64,000 nucleotides of DNA from contig JACPXH010000013.1 of assembly GCA_016196625.1 (NCBI GenBank), positions 4,516 to 68,515 of the forward strand, read 5' to 3'. The notes beneath the pieces were generated by a model. That model did no database searches, was not told the origin of the DNA, and saw only the letters and a list, made by a program, of their open reading frames with translations. The DNA comes from Candidatus Parcubacteria bacterium. GTDB taxonomy: Bacteria > Patescibacteriota > Minisyncoccia > JACPXH01. Each line of letters opens with the position of its first letter. Position 1 is the first letter of the stretch. The position numbers were made by a program, and so were the translations under genes. Below, piece after piece: positions 35,829-44,881 of the stretch.

Positions 35829-36122
35829 TTAGTCGTCCGTCCATGGACACAGCCGAGAACGGAGTTTGATCTCGGCTAGAATCAAGCATCCCGTTAGCCA
35901 GTCGCCGATCCGCTGGCCGATCGCGCGTCCCATGCTTGCTCGCTCTACTTCCCTCCGGTGGGCTGTGGCGTCTCCGCGGCGCTGTCGTTGCCGCTCGTAG
36001 CTGGACGCGGTGATGATAACGCACACGACAAGCCCGAACGCGAGCGCGAGCCAGCGGATGAGTTCAGTCATCCAGTCCATCGGTTCTCCCCCCTTCTTTC
36101 CCCTTGCGTACTTCTTTATCAT
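35829..36122 (-). CDS. Small membrane-anchored hypothetical protein
   Basis: 97-aa ORF with one TM. Confidence 0.3.
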   Translation of the reverse strand: MIKKYARGKKGGEPMDWMTELIRWLALAFGLVVCVIITASSYERQRQRRGDATAHRREVERASMGRAIGQRIGDWLTGCLILAEIKLRSRLCPWTDD

Positions 36123-36184
36123 CCGGCAAGAGGAGTGCGAGAATGATGAGGAAGATCGCGAGGATCGCCGTTGCGACCTCCATG

Positions 36185-36736
36185 CTAGTTTCCCAGATTG
36201 CCGCGGCTTAAGCCGTAGTCAAGTGCGACGCGGGCCGGTCGTCGAAACGACGGTGTCCTAAAGTCCGGCTGAACTGCATGCTGCCTCGTGAGCCGCCGTA
36301 CCACTCTCCGACACGCGGCGAGCTTGCTCGCGAGGGAAGACTTCCCGTGCTTCGCGAGCGCCGCCGAGACTTCCCGTTGGCCATCTGAGAGGATTTGGAC
36401 GTTTGCCTCCAGCTCGTTAAGCCGGCGACTTCCTTCCTCCGCCGGAGTAACGACGTCCGCATCAGTTCTGGGATCCAGGCCGAGCGCGTAGTACAGCTGC
36501 GGTTCTTGTTGGAGTATGGCCACGAGCATCAGCACGATCCCGCCGAGGGCGAGCGTCGACCCCCCGATTCGGAAGAGCCTGCCGGTGTACTGCATCCGGA
36601 GCCGGTCGTTGAACGCCGCCATGGTTTCGGCGTACCGAGGGGAGCGAGTCCAGAGCACAAACGCGATAATACCCGAGATGGCGACGAGTAGCACTCCCAG
36701 CAGCAACACGGTCTTACCGAACTCCATCCCGTCCAT
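36185..36736 (-). CDS. Membrane protein, hypothetical (183 aa)
   Basis: SD GGAGGAGG before the ATG at 36734-36736. Two TM helices followed by a coiled-coil. Confidence 0.45.
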   Translation of the reverse strand: MDGMEFGKTVLLLGVLLVAISGIIAFVLWTRSPRYAETMAAFNDRLRMQYTGRLFRIGGSTLALGGIVLMLVAILQQEPQLYYALGLDPRTDADVVTPAEEGSRRLNELEANVQILSDGQREVSAALAKHGKSSLASKLAACRRVVRRLTRQHAVQPDFRTPSFRRPARVALDYGLSRGNLGN

Positions 36737-36905
36737 TGCCCTCCTCCTTTCGCGCATCTCGCGCAGCATCACCACGCAAGTGCAGCGCTGGATATTGCGA
36801 ACCCGGTGTGGTTTTCGAGGAACACTCTTACTACTATGATACACCGCCTCAGCATTATGTCAATCTCAAATTGAAAAATGTCTTGGCTGGCGGCAAATTC
36901 TTTTA

Positions 36906-37022
36906 CCCGCCGTCGCAGAAAGCCACGGCCGTGAGGCCGTGGATGAATGCGTAAGCAGAGTCCTTCCGAAGCTCGAAGGACAAAGGAGGATGCTTTGGCG
37001 GGCGTAAGCCCGCGGAGCTTTA
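36906..37022. repeat. Cluster of REP-like hairpins (CCACGGCCgtgaGGCCGTGG; GCGGGCgtaaGCCCGCGGAGCTT)
   Basis: Same family as the elements at 10041-10117, here with the first unit inverted. Confidence 0.55.
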
Positions 37023-37099
37023 TAAAAAGTTAAGAGCCGCCGCGAAGCGATGACTCTGAAGGACGACTCTCTTGGGCGGTCGTCCGATTGCCCGAAGTC

Positions 37100-37522
37100 T
37101 CACGGGAGAGCCGCGAGGACCTTTTCCACCACCTTGCGATGGTTCGGAAAAAAATCCTGCTTGGCGAGGATGTCCCGGGGCTTGAACACCCCGATTTCCT
37201 CGCTCTCGTCTCCCTCGGACTTCATCTGCGGGAGGGCCGTGAGGTTTGCCCGAAAGATGGTGAGGATGTGGCTGCCCTTGTCCTCGGAGTGGACGACTGC
37301 GAGGTCATTCTCCGACAAGGACACACCAATCTCCTCTTCCAACTCCCGAATGGCGCAACCCCGGGCCGTTTCCGTTGCTTCGCCCCTACCGCCGGGCAAC
37401 TTCCAGAAAACTGGTGCCGGCTTTTTGGGGTCCCGAATGAGCGGGATGCCCTGGGGCGTGACGAGGAGAACTGCAACTGCGTGTCCTTTTTTTGGTGCTG
37501 TTTTCGAGAACGTAGATTTTAT
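37100..37522 (-). CDS. NUDIX hydrolase with no canonical start codon (possibly 5'-disrupted)
   Basis: Nudix box GGRGEATETARGCAIRELEEEIGV. The open frame extends upstream (..KGHAVAVLLVTPQGIPLIRDPKK..) to an in-frame stop at 37523-37525 with no ATG or GTG. The only listed start is the TTG at 37399, which falls inside the fold. Confidence 0.45.
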   Translation of the reverse strand: MKSTFSKTAPKKGHAVAVLLVTPQGIPLIRDPKKPAPVFWKLPGGRGEATETARGCAIRELEEEIGVSLSENDLAVVHSEDKGSHILTIFRANLTALPQMKSEGDESEEIGVFKPRDILAKQDFFPNHRKVVEKVLAALP

Positions 37523-37616
37523 TTAATCTGTAAGCCGAGCAGATTCTCGATCTGGTTTCTGATTTTCTGTTTGCCAAATTATACTACGATCGTAGTATAA
37601 TGCGTAAGCGTTTTGG
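37517..37616. repeat. Second copy of the 95-bp PaaX-gene-tail + palindrome segment (perfect 24-bp palindrome ATTATACTACGATCGTAGTATAAT at 37578-37601)
   Basis: Near-identical to 18907-19003. Abuts the 5' end of the NUDIX reading frame. Confidence 0.6.
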
Positions 37617-37745
37617 GGCCGTAAGATTTTATCCGTTTCTCAGAAAACCGTGGGCGTGAACCCACAGTTGAATGCGGAGCGGATATCATGAGTAAATATC
37701 AAAGGGCATGCCTTCGGAATGCTGCGGCGGATTCCGCCGAGGATA

Positions 37746-37772
37746 CCACGGGCGTAAGCCCGTGGAGCTTCA
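37746..37772. repeat. REP-like hairpin CCACGGGCgtaaGCCCGTGGAGCTTCA
   Basis: Family member. Confidence 0.5.
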
Positions 37773-37800
37773 CTTTATCGCCGGCCGAGGTTACTTTCTT

Positions 37801-38697
37801 TCATTTGTAGTACACGCGGTTTTCTATTCTCGCGTCTACGTATTCTTGAATTTTGCTAAAGTCGCCCCTGATCTCTTGTTTGAAAAACCGGCCGAGGTTG
37901 GCTAGTTGCCGGCCGAAGAGTTCTCCGCGCGGAACGATAATGCGGATTCCACTGGGTCCGTAACCAACGAAACTGTCTGCAAGCTCGGGCACCACCGCAA
38001 AGGCGGCGACGGGAAACCCAAACTCTTGCGGCGCGGCAGCGTTGATCGAGAGTAGTTCGTGGATCAGCTGTTGGTCTGCGACCGGTTTGCCCAACTGCCA
38101 CGTTTGCCCCCGGTAATCTTTGGCGACCACTACGAGCGCTCCTTGGGAGGCGAGCGCCGGCCGGAACGCGATGCCCTCTTGGTCAACCGAAGCGCACGCG
38201 GCAATGTCCTCTGTGCCCGTTGCCGGAAGCGCGAGTGCGGCCGTGGTGGTGGCTGTTGGTTCGGCTGGCGGGATGGGCGGGCGCTGTGCCCGGCACCATA
38301 GCAGCGCCTGCGTACGTTCCGTAAGTGTGAGGATGCGCGTGTGGGGGAAGAGTGTGGTGAAGGCGGCAGAGGCAATTTCGGGAAATTGATTTTTTAGGGC
38401 CGCCTCGGCGTTTCGAGGCCTCGGCCATAAAAGCGATAAGAAGAAGTTTCGGTTTGAAAAACCGAACTTCCGCTGGGAGTACAGCTCTCCAAAAGCGTGC
38501 TGGACAAGCGTGCGGTCGAGGTTTCGGGTGCCGGCCACGGTAAATTCTTGAAGCTCAAAAGTCTTTGCGCGCAGAAGCCACACGCTAACGCCGGCGAGCG
38601 CGATCAGGGCGGCGAGCGCCCCGGCCAGCCACCGCCCAAAACGGGATTTTTTTGTGGCACCGCGCACCATTCCCGCTACTCTTGACTTATTGACCAC
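37801..38697 (-). CDS. ftsQ: Cell-division protein FtsQ/DivIB-like
   Basis: N-terminal TM, a POTRA-like segment (FELQEFTVAGTRNLDRTLVQ) and a C-terminal FtsQ-type domain. Confidence 0.6.
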   Translation of the reverse strand: MVNKSRVAGMVRGATKKSRFGRWLAGALAALIALAGVSVWLLRAKTFELQEFTVAGTRNLDRTLVQHAFGELYSQRKFGFSNRNFFLSLLWPRPRNAEAALKNQFPEIASAAFTTLFPHTRILTLTERTQALLWCRAQRPPIPPAEPTATTTAALALPATGTEDIAACASVDQEGIAFRPALASQGALVVVAKDYRGQTWQLGKPVADQQLIHELLSINAAAPQEFGFPVAAFAVVPELADSFVGYGPSGIRIIVPRGELFGRQLANLGRFFKQEIRGDFSKIQEYVDARIENRVYYK

Positions 38698-38776
38698 AAG
38701 GAGTTATACTTTGATGGTGTAATGGGAGCGACATGAGCGACGGCAGACACGCTTTTCGCAAAGGAAGGAGGAGGAT

Positions 38777-39229
38777 ATGCCGACGCGGAGAGGACGAAGG
38801 GTACTCTGTTCCATTCAGCCGAGACAGGGAGCTGTTTCTACGGAGGCGTTCGAGCTTGTTCGCGAGGGGGCGGGCGAACTCTTGAACGCCCTCGGCATTG
38901 CTCCGCTGCGCAACGGTCGAGAGCGCGTGCACGCGGTTCTGTGTGACCCTGGCCGCACCATGGTGTTTGTCCACGTTTGGAACGTGGACGTGGGGGCGCT
39001 TCGACCGGCGGTGGTTGCCCAGAAACTGGAGGGCACGCCGTTCCAAGAGATATCCTCTTTGGACGGGGGATATTCTCGCCGCTTCAGCTGGCAGGCGGGG
39101 CCATGGACTTTGAAGTTCATCTTGTGGCCCTCGCTTGCACCCGACGACCTCAACTTCTCGCCGAAATACGATGCGCGTTGGGGCATCTTCTGGATCGGTC
39201 AGGAAGTGCCGGCCCCGGCCGCTCGCTAG
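38777..39229 (+). CDS. Hypothetical protein (150 aa)
   Basis: Strong SD AAGGAGGAGGA before the ATG. Confidence 0.45.
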   Translation: MPTRRGRRVLCSIQPRQGAVSTEAFELVREGAGELLNALGIAPLRNGRERVHAVLCDPGRTMVFVHVWNVDVGALRPAVVAQKLEGTPFQEISSLDGGYSRRFSWQAGPWTLKFILWPSLAPDDLNFSPKYDARWGIFWIGQEVPAPAAR

Positions 39230-40545
39230 GCTTCGGAGTTATGGGCCCTGCGCAGACCACGCGCCGGGCTCTTCTTTTTCGCAGTGCGCTTGCGCGGGAT
39301 TACACTGAAACCAAGGTAAGGCTGGAGCGCTTTTGGCATTGCCACTGACCCGTCTTTTTTCTGAAAGTTTTCTAAAATCGCAATGATGGCCCGCGAGGTG
39401 GCGATGGCGGTACCGTTCAAAGTGTGTACATAGCCTGTTTCACCGCTGGCTTTCCGATATTTGATGCCGAGACGCCGGGCCTGATAGTCGGTCGTATTCG
39501 AGGTTGAGGTAACCTCGCCCCAATCGTTTCGTCCGGGCATCCAGGCTTCAAGATCAAACTTTCGAGCCGCCTGGGCCCCCAAGTCCCCGGTACACATTTC
39601 CACCACGCGGTATGGGATGCCCAGTCCCTGCCAGAGCGCTTCTTCAAGCGCAAGCAACTCCGCGTGCAATTTGGGCGAATCTTCCGGTTTGATGTACACA
39701 AACATTTCCACCTTTGTGAATTGGTGCAGGCGATAGAGGCCCTTTGAGTACCGGCCGTAGCCGCCGGCCTCTTGCCGGAAACAGTGCGAGTAGCCGGCAT
39801 AACGTTTGGGCAGGGAGTCTTCGGGCAAGATTTCATCAGCATGGATGCCGGCCAGCGTAACTTCGGCGGTGGCAATCAAGCCAAGATTGGAATTTTCAAT
39901 AACGTACGTCTGCGCTTCCGGCCCCCGCGGCAGATAGCCGGTCCCAAGGTAGAACCGGTCGCGAGCAAGATCGGGGGTAAGCCAAAGCGCAAAGCCCTTT
40001 TTGGCAAGAAAATCGAGGGCATAGCGCACGAGCGCCAGTTCAAGTAGGATGCCTTCATTCTTGAGATAGCAGAAATCAGCGCCCGCAACTTTACTACCGG
40101 CCTCGAAGTCAAGAATACCGAGCGCGGTTCCGAGCTCAAGATGATCTTTCGGCTGGAAGAGGAACGTCGGTTTCTTCCCCACCTCGCGCAGCGCTTGGTT
40201 TTGCGATTCGTCTTTCCCGACCGGCACGGTTTCTTGGGGCAGGTTCGGTAAAGTAAGCAGTATCTCCTCCACCGCTTTGGCCGCGGCCGCAAGCCCTTTT
40301 TCTTTTTCTGCCAAGAGACCGCTCAAGCGTTTCGCTTCGGTAAGTAGCGTCTCGTCTTTCCCCAGCCGGCTGATTTCTGTGGAAACTTTGTTTTTGCCGT
40401 GTCGCAACTCTTCAACTTCCTTGATGAGCTGACGATGCCCGGCATCAGTTTTGAGAAATTTGTCGGTATCGAACGCAAAGCCTTTCTTTTTCAGGCCAGC
40501 TTTCACGTAATCTGGCTGTTTGCGGATAAGGTGGATGTCGAGCAT
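39226..40545 (-). CDS. serS: Seryl-tRNA synthetase
   Basis: N-terminal coiled-coil arm and class II core motifs (e.g. RYAGYSHCFRQEAG, GLYRLHQFTKVEMF). Confidence 0.9.
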   Translation of the reverse strand: MLDIHLIRKQPDYVKAGLKKKGFAFDTDKFLKTDAGHRQLIKEVEELRHGKNKVSTEISRLGKDETLLTEAKRLSGLLAEKEKGLAAAAKAVEEILLTLPNLPQETVPVGKDESQNQALREVGKKPTFLFQPKDHLELGTALGILDFEAGSKVAGADFCYLKNEGILLELALVRYALDFLAKKGFALWLTPDLARDRFYLGTGYLPRGPEAQTYVIENSNLGLIATAEVTLAGIHADEILPEDSLPKRYAGYSHCFRQEAGGYGRYSKGLYRLHQFTKVEMFVYIKPEDSPKLHAELLALEEALWQGLGIPYRVVEMCTGDLGAQAARKFDLEAWMPGRNDWGEVTSTSNTTDYQARRLGIKYRKASGETGYVHTLNGTAIATSRAIIAILENFQKKDGSVAMPKALQPYLGFSVIPRKRTAKKKSPARGLRRAHNSEA

Positions 40546-40599
40546 ACGTGAGGAATATAGAATCTCGAATTATGAATCACGAATAACGGCTTAAATTCT

Positions 40600-40728
40600 T
40601 ACCCAACGCACCAGAAGGCCATCGGCTCCTGCCGGTAGATGAATGGTTGGTGCGTAGGCCTTCGGTGCGGGGTTCCGCCCCGCCACCGAAGTACGAGGTG
40701 CCGCCGACTCCAGTCGGCGGGGCTCCAC
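40600..40728. repeat. Hairpin-rich repeat element, copy B (129 nt), in the serS upstream region
   Basis: Near-identical to 14006-14161, including the stop-codon-proximal end. Remains open in the DEAD-helicase frame. Confidence 0.6.
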
Positions 40729-40763
40729 TCCGCGATTTCATGGTTAGTCTTCGTGGTAATTCG

Positions 40764-40793
40764 CCATTCTAATGTATTAATACATTAGAATGG
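40764..40793. promoter_or_regulatory. 30-bp perfect palindrome CCATTCTAATGTATTAATACATTAGAATGG, third copy of the TrpR-like site
   Basis: Perfect dyad. Lies 14 nt after the NUDIX-HD gene stop and about 220 nt upstream of the serS start. Confidence 0.5.
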
Positions 40794-40806
40794 AAGGATG
40801 GCGTGT

Positions 40807-41808
40807 CTACAGACCGAGTTCGGGAGAGATGCTCCGCATCGCTTCAAGACTCAAGCGCGTTACCGCTTCAAGCGACAGGCCGATCATGTCAGGAGCTTTG
40901 GCAATGATATCGCGGTTGACCCCTTTCGCAAAAGACTTTTCTTTGAACTTTTTGAGCACCGACTCGACCGAAACGTCGGCCAGCTTCTTGGAGGGCTGCA
41001 CTAGCGCGGCGGCGGTAATGAGGCCCGTGAGTTCTTCTACACAAAAGAGTGTTTTTTCAAGCAGCGTCTCTGGCGCAATGCCGTGGTGCCAATTGTGAAC
41101 CTTGATCGCTTTTACAATGTGAGGCGCAAGCCCGGCTTCGGTGAGGATCCGTTCGGCCATGAGCGTGTGCTCGGGAAAATTATCCTTGGTTTTCTCCCAA
41201 TCTACATCATGCAAGAGTCCCGTGAGCGCCCATTCGTCGGCGTTTTCGCCAAAATGTTCGGCCAAACGCCTCATTACCGCCTCGGCCGCGAGGAGGTGTT
41301 TTTTGAGGTTGGGGTTTTGGATGTGTTGGTTAATGATGCTAATTGCTTGCGCTCGGTCCATATCAGCCGGTTTTCTGGTAAGCCGGAGGTACTCTTCGAC
41401 GCCCTTTAACCAGCCCCCGGTGAAGTACTGCTGCGGTCTGAGCGAAGAAAGTGGTACCCATAGAAACTCGGAATGCGTTGACGAGAGTCGCACCTCACCC
41501 TTCGTCCAGTGCGCGGCAAAGCCGATGGCAAAAATTCGGACAGGTTTATGGAGCGAGCGCTCCCGTCGTTCATGGCGCATGAATACAATTGCTTGACCGA
41601 GCGTGTATCGGATTGTGAGACCCAATTCCTCTCGAGCTTTTCGTTCGATGATTTTATTAAGCGGCGTCGCAAATTCATTCGTGCGGATTCTGCCACCCGG
41701 CAGGTCCCAATCTCCGAATACGTCCTTGATGATGAGGAGCGTGTTCTTCCGCCTGAGAAACATTTTCACCGCCACAAAATACAGGTCTTTAGCGGCAAGG
41801 TTCCTCAT
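40807..41808 (-). CDS. NUDIX hydrolase fused to an HD-domain phosphohydrolase
   Basis: N-terminal Nudix region (LPGGRIRTNEFATPLNKIIERKAREELGL). C-terminal HD signature (HDVDW ... HNWHH). Confidence 0.65.
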   Translation of the reverse strand: MRNLAAKDLYFVAVKMFLRRKNTLLIIKDVFGDWDLPGGRIRTNEFATPLNKIIERKAREELGLTIRYTLGQAIVFMRHERRERSLHKPVRIFAIGFAAHWTKGEVRLSSTHSEFLWVPLSSLRPQQYFTGGWLKGVEEYLRLTRKPADMDRAQAISIINQHIQNPNLKKHLLAAEAVMRRLAEHFGENADEWALTGLLHDVDWEKTKDNFPEHTLMAERILTEAGLAPHIVKAIKVHNWHHGIAPETLLEKTLFCVEELTGLITAAALVQPSKKLADVSVESVLKKFKEKSFAKGVNRDIIAKAPDMIGLSLEAVTRLSLEAMRSISPELGL

Positions 41809-43289
41809 TCCCTTGGTTTCATTAGCGGGAAAAGTACGGCCTCGCGCACCGATTTATCCATGAGTACAGCAAAGAGGCGCTCAGAGAACCCAAACCCAGC
41901 TGTCGGCGGCATGCCGTACTCTAAAGCCTCCAAGAAATCCTCATCCAGCATTTGCGCTTCCTTATCACCTGCCTCTCTTAATGCCATTTGGTCCTGAAAA
42001 CGTTTCCGCTGATCATCAGGGTCATTCAATTCGGAAAATCCCTTGCCCAATTCGGTTCCCGCTGCCACAACTTGTAATCTCAGTACTCTCCTCGAATCAT
42101 TCGGGTCACGTTTTGCTAATGGTTCCATTTCTACGGGTGGTCTAACGAGAAATCGTGGCTGAATCAACTTCGGGCGTATAACCTTCTTATAGAGCAAATC
42201 CCACCCCTTTGGAGAATCCGGATCAAGCCCGTATTTTATCAGAGCTTCCTGAACTACTTTTCGGGGCTCCCCCGGCCGAAAACCAAAATTTTCATTAAAC
42301 AAATCGTAAAATTCCACTTCCGACCAGTTTCCGGACCAATCAATTTCTTGATTTTGATAGGTGGCTTTCAGTGTGCCGAGAGTTTCTTTAATTACATATT
42401 GGTACATCTCCTGCACAAATTTCCTTAAATCTTCGTAATCAGCATAAGCCCAGTAAAATTCCATTTGCGTGTAATCCTGCAGGTGTTCCCGATCCATTCC
42501 CTCGTTGCGGAAAATCCGGCCAATCTCAAATACTTTTTCATAGCCGCCAACAATGAGCCGCTTCAAATGGAGCTCCGGCGAAATTCTCAAATATAAATCA
42601 ATATCGAGCGCGTTCAAGTGAGTTACGAAAGGCTCCGCGTCGGCACCGCCAGGAACCTGCTCCAAAACGGGGGTCTCCACTTCCAAAAATCCTTTTTGCA
42701 ATAAAAACTCGCGCGTCGCCTGCCAGAATTTTGCTTTTTTGCGGAAAAGTTCCCGCTCATTGGCGTTCACCACTAAATCAAGGTAGCGCCTGCGTAGGCG
42801 TTCCTCGATGTCGGTAAGTCCGTGCCATTTTTCGGGGAGCGGCCGGAGGGATTTGGTAAGCAGGCGAACTTCGCTTGTCGCCAGGGTCAGCTCACCGGTT
42901 TTGGTGGTGATGGCGGTACCAGTGGCCTCGGCGAAATCGCCGATGTCGAAAAGATCAACAAAATCTTTGACCGTCGGCTGCCGGAGGGTCTCGGGGTTAA
43001 GCAGCAGCTGCAGTTTGCCCGTGCCGTCTTCGAGATCGGCAAAGCAGATCTCACCGTGTTCGCGGACACTCCGGATTCGGCCCGCAATGGTGAGCTTGAC
43101 TTTCCCCGATTCAAATTCCGCAAATCCGGCGCGCACCGCCGCAATGGTATGACTGCGGTCCGTGTGCGCAGGATACGGATCAACGCCGGCTTGGCGCAGG
43201 CGCTGCAGTTTTTCCAGCCTGACTTTTCGCAGTTCTTCAAGGCTTGGCATGCCCTTATTGTAACGGAAACAGCCCCCGTGCGACAACAC
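41805..43289 (-). CDS. lysS: Lysyl-tRNA synthetase (class II)
   Basis: OB anticodon-binding N-terminus and class II motifs (FRNEGMDREHLQDYTQMEFY ... GFGFSERLFAVLM). Confidence 0.9.
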   Translation of the reverse strand: MLSHGGCFRYNKGMPSLEELRKVRLEKLQRLRQAGVDPYPAHTDRSHTIAAVRAGFAEFESGKVKLTIAGRIRSVREHGEICFADLEDGTGKLQLLLNPETLRQPTVKDFVDLFDIGDFAEATGTAITTKTGELTLATSEVRLLTKSLRPLPEKWHGLTDIEERLRRRYLDLVVNANERELFRKKAKFWQATREFLLQKGFLEVETPVLEQVPGGADAEPFVTHLNALDIDLYLRISPELHLKRLIVGGYEKVFEIGRIFRNEGMDREHLQDYTQMEFYWAYADYEDLRKFVQEMYQYVIKETLGTLKATYQNQEIDWSGNWSEVEFYDLFNENFGFRPGEPRKVVQEALIKYGLDPDSPKGWDLLYKKVIRPKLIQPRFLVRPPVEMEPLAKRDPNDSRRVLRLQVVAAGTELGKGFSELNDPDDQRKRFQDQMALREAGDKEAQMLDEDFLEALEYGMPPTAGFGFSERLFAVLMDKSVREAVLFPLMKPRE

Positions 43290-43531
43290 GGGGGCTGTTT
43301 GGCCTACTTGCGCAGACCGTACTGGGTTCTAATCCTCCACGCCGTCTCCTTCAGGGAGACGGCGTGGATCGAACCTACGACGGCAACGCATTCGGCCCCT
43401 CGGAGAATATAGTACGGTACCCTAATTCGCAGCAGGCGCGCACAGAATTCTCGTACGCCGTTGTTCGGGCCAGGAAATGTAACGAGCTGGTAGACCTCCG
43501 CGAGTGGTCGCGTGCCCCCCTCCTGTCTTGA

Positions 43532-43999
43532 TTACGGGATGCTGACGATCTTGTACGTTCGCTCTCCCGCGGGCGCTTGCACGGTGATTTTATCGCCCAC
43601 CTTGTGTCCGAGGAACGCCTTGCCCAGGGGTGATTCGTTGGAGATGCGACCTTCCAAGGGGCGCGCCTCTTCCGAGCCCACGATGGTGTACGTTTCCCTG
43701 ACGCCAGCGGCTTCAATTTCCACGGTTGAGCCGATGACAACCACGCCGCTTTTTTCGCCGTTTTTCTGAATGAGCACGACGTTTTTGGTGAGCAGCTCCA
43801 ATTCCGCGATGCGCTTTTCCAGTTGCTCCTGCGCTTCTTTCGCCTCCATGTATTCGGAGTTTTCGGTGAGATCCCCCAGCGACTTTGCTTCGGCCAGCCG
43901 CGTGGAGATTTCTTGGCGCTTTACGGTTTTAAGCTCCTCGAGTTCGGTTTTGAGTTTGGCGAGTCCTTCAGGACTTAAGTAGGTTGGTTCGTCGCCCAT
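43532..43999 (-). CDS. greA: Transcription elongation factor GreA
   Basis: Coiled-coil N-terminus (GDLTENSEYMEAKEAQ) and FKBP-like C-terminus. 155 aa. Confidence 0.85.
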   Translation of the reverse strand: MGDEPTYLSPEGLAKLKTELEELKTVKRQEISTRLAEAKSLGDLTENSEYMEAKEAQEQLEKRIAELELLTKNVVLIQKNGEKSGVVVIGSTVEIEAAGVRETYTIVGSEEARPLEGRISNESPLGKAFLGHKVGDKITVQAPAGERTYKIVSIP

Positions 44000-44152
44000 A
44001 ACGATTCTCGGTTATTGGTTTTAGAGTTTCAGTTTCGAGTTGCCGGTTTAGGTTAGGCGGCGCATTAGCTGAAAACTATCGGAGGTATTGGTGATAAAGA
44101 ATAAGGTTGGGATAATACGCTGTCAAGGGATAACTACTGTTTGTTAAAACTT

Positions 44153-44188
44153 GAGCGGCGGGAGTTCAATGGAACTCCCGCCGCGCTC
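44153..44188 (-). terminator. Possible terminator hairpin (GAGCGGCGGGAGTTC aatg GAACTCCCGCCGCGCTC)
   Basis: 15-bp stem overlapping the stop of the 44187-44477 gene. Only a short T-run follows on the minus strand. Confidence 0.35.
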
Positions 44189-44477
44189 ACACGGTTAGCT
44201 TTGGTTGACCCCTGAGAACTTGATCGAGGCAGCTTTGCAGGCCTGGATCTTGGGTGAGTGAGAATAACTCCCGCCCACTCTGGATCAGACGGACGACGAT
44301 TCCGAGCTGCGTGAGTCGGTCGAGGGCTTCCCGGGTGAGCCGTCGGTCCTCCTGGACCCACCAGTCGGCGATCCCCTCCCAAGTATCCACTGCGTTAGTA
44401 TGACCAAGAAAGAATCTGGCAATCCGTACGTCGAGCAGGCGGCCCTGGAGTGCCTGTGCCAGCGTTGCCGTGTCCAT
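44187..44477 (-). CDS. Hypothetical protein (96 aa)
   Basis: ORF with no motif. Confidence 0.35.
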   Translation of the reverse strand: MDTATLAQALQGRLLDVRIARFFLGHTNAVDTWEGIADWWVQEDRRLTREALDRLTQLGIVVRLIQSGRELFSLTQDPGLQSCLDQVLRGQPKLTV

Positions 44478-44566
44478 CGTTCCTCCTTCAGGATTTGAGC
44501 GTCCGAGATCCCCAATACAATACCCCGATCACGATCATCGCATCCTCCTTTAGCTGAGGGTTGACA

Positions 44567-44830
44567 TCAATTTACATCCGCCTGTTGCCACCATACCTGA
44601 CAGCCGTAGACCACTTGCCCGTTGTCGAGGACGATCTTCTGGTTGTCTTCGACCACCGCGAGCTCTCCTTCGCACTCGGCTATAAAAGCGGGTGGCGGCA
44701 TTTCCTCGGCGTTGGCCAAACTGGTTAAGCTGCCGTCGGGCCGTATTACGAAGTAAACCGTAACCTGTCCGACGAGCGTGCCAAAACCGAGAAAATTCTT
44801 GCCAGTGCCGTCGAAAACCTGAACTTTCAT
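44567..44830 (-). CDS. Hypothetical protein (88 aa)
   Basis: SD AAGGAGG before the ATG at 44828-44830. The listed upstream extension is GC-rich and likely spurious. Confidence 0.45.
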   Translation of the reverse strand: MKVQVFDGTGKNFLGFGTLVGQVTVYFVIRPDGSLTSLANAEEMPPPAFIAECEGELAVVEDNQKIVLDNGQVVYGCQVWWQQADVN

Positions 44831-44881
44831 CCAGTTTTCCTCCTTGTTCTCGGTTATTGAGGCGTTTCCGGGTTGAATCGT

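Noticed and set aside
40546-40800. T-box riboswitch upstream of serS
   Set aside because: No AGGGUGGNACCGCG T-box sequence or specifier-loop architecture. The structured part is a near-copy of the helicase 3' end.
43380-43420. tRNA-like GGTTCGATCC on the minus strand
   Set aside because: No cloverleaf could be built. The segment is an arm of a perfect 13-bp hairpin and lacks acceptor and D-arm pairing.
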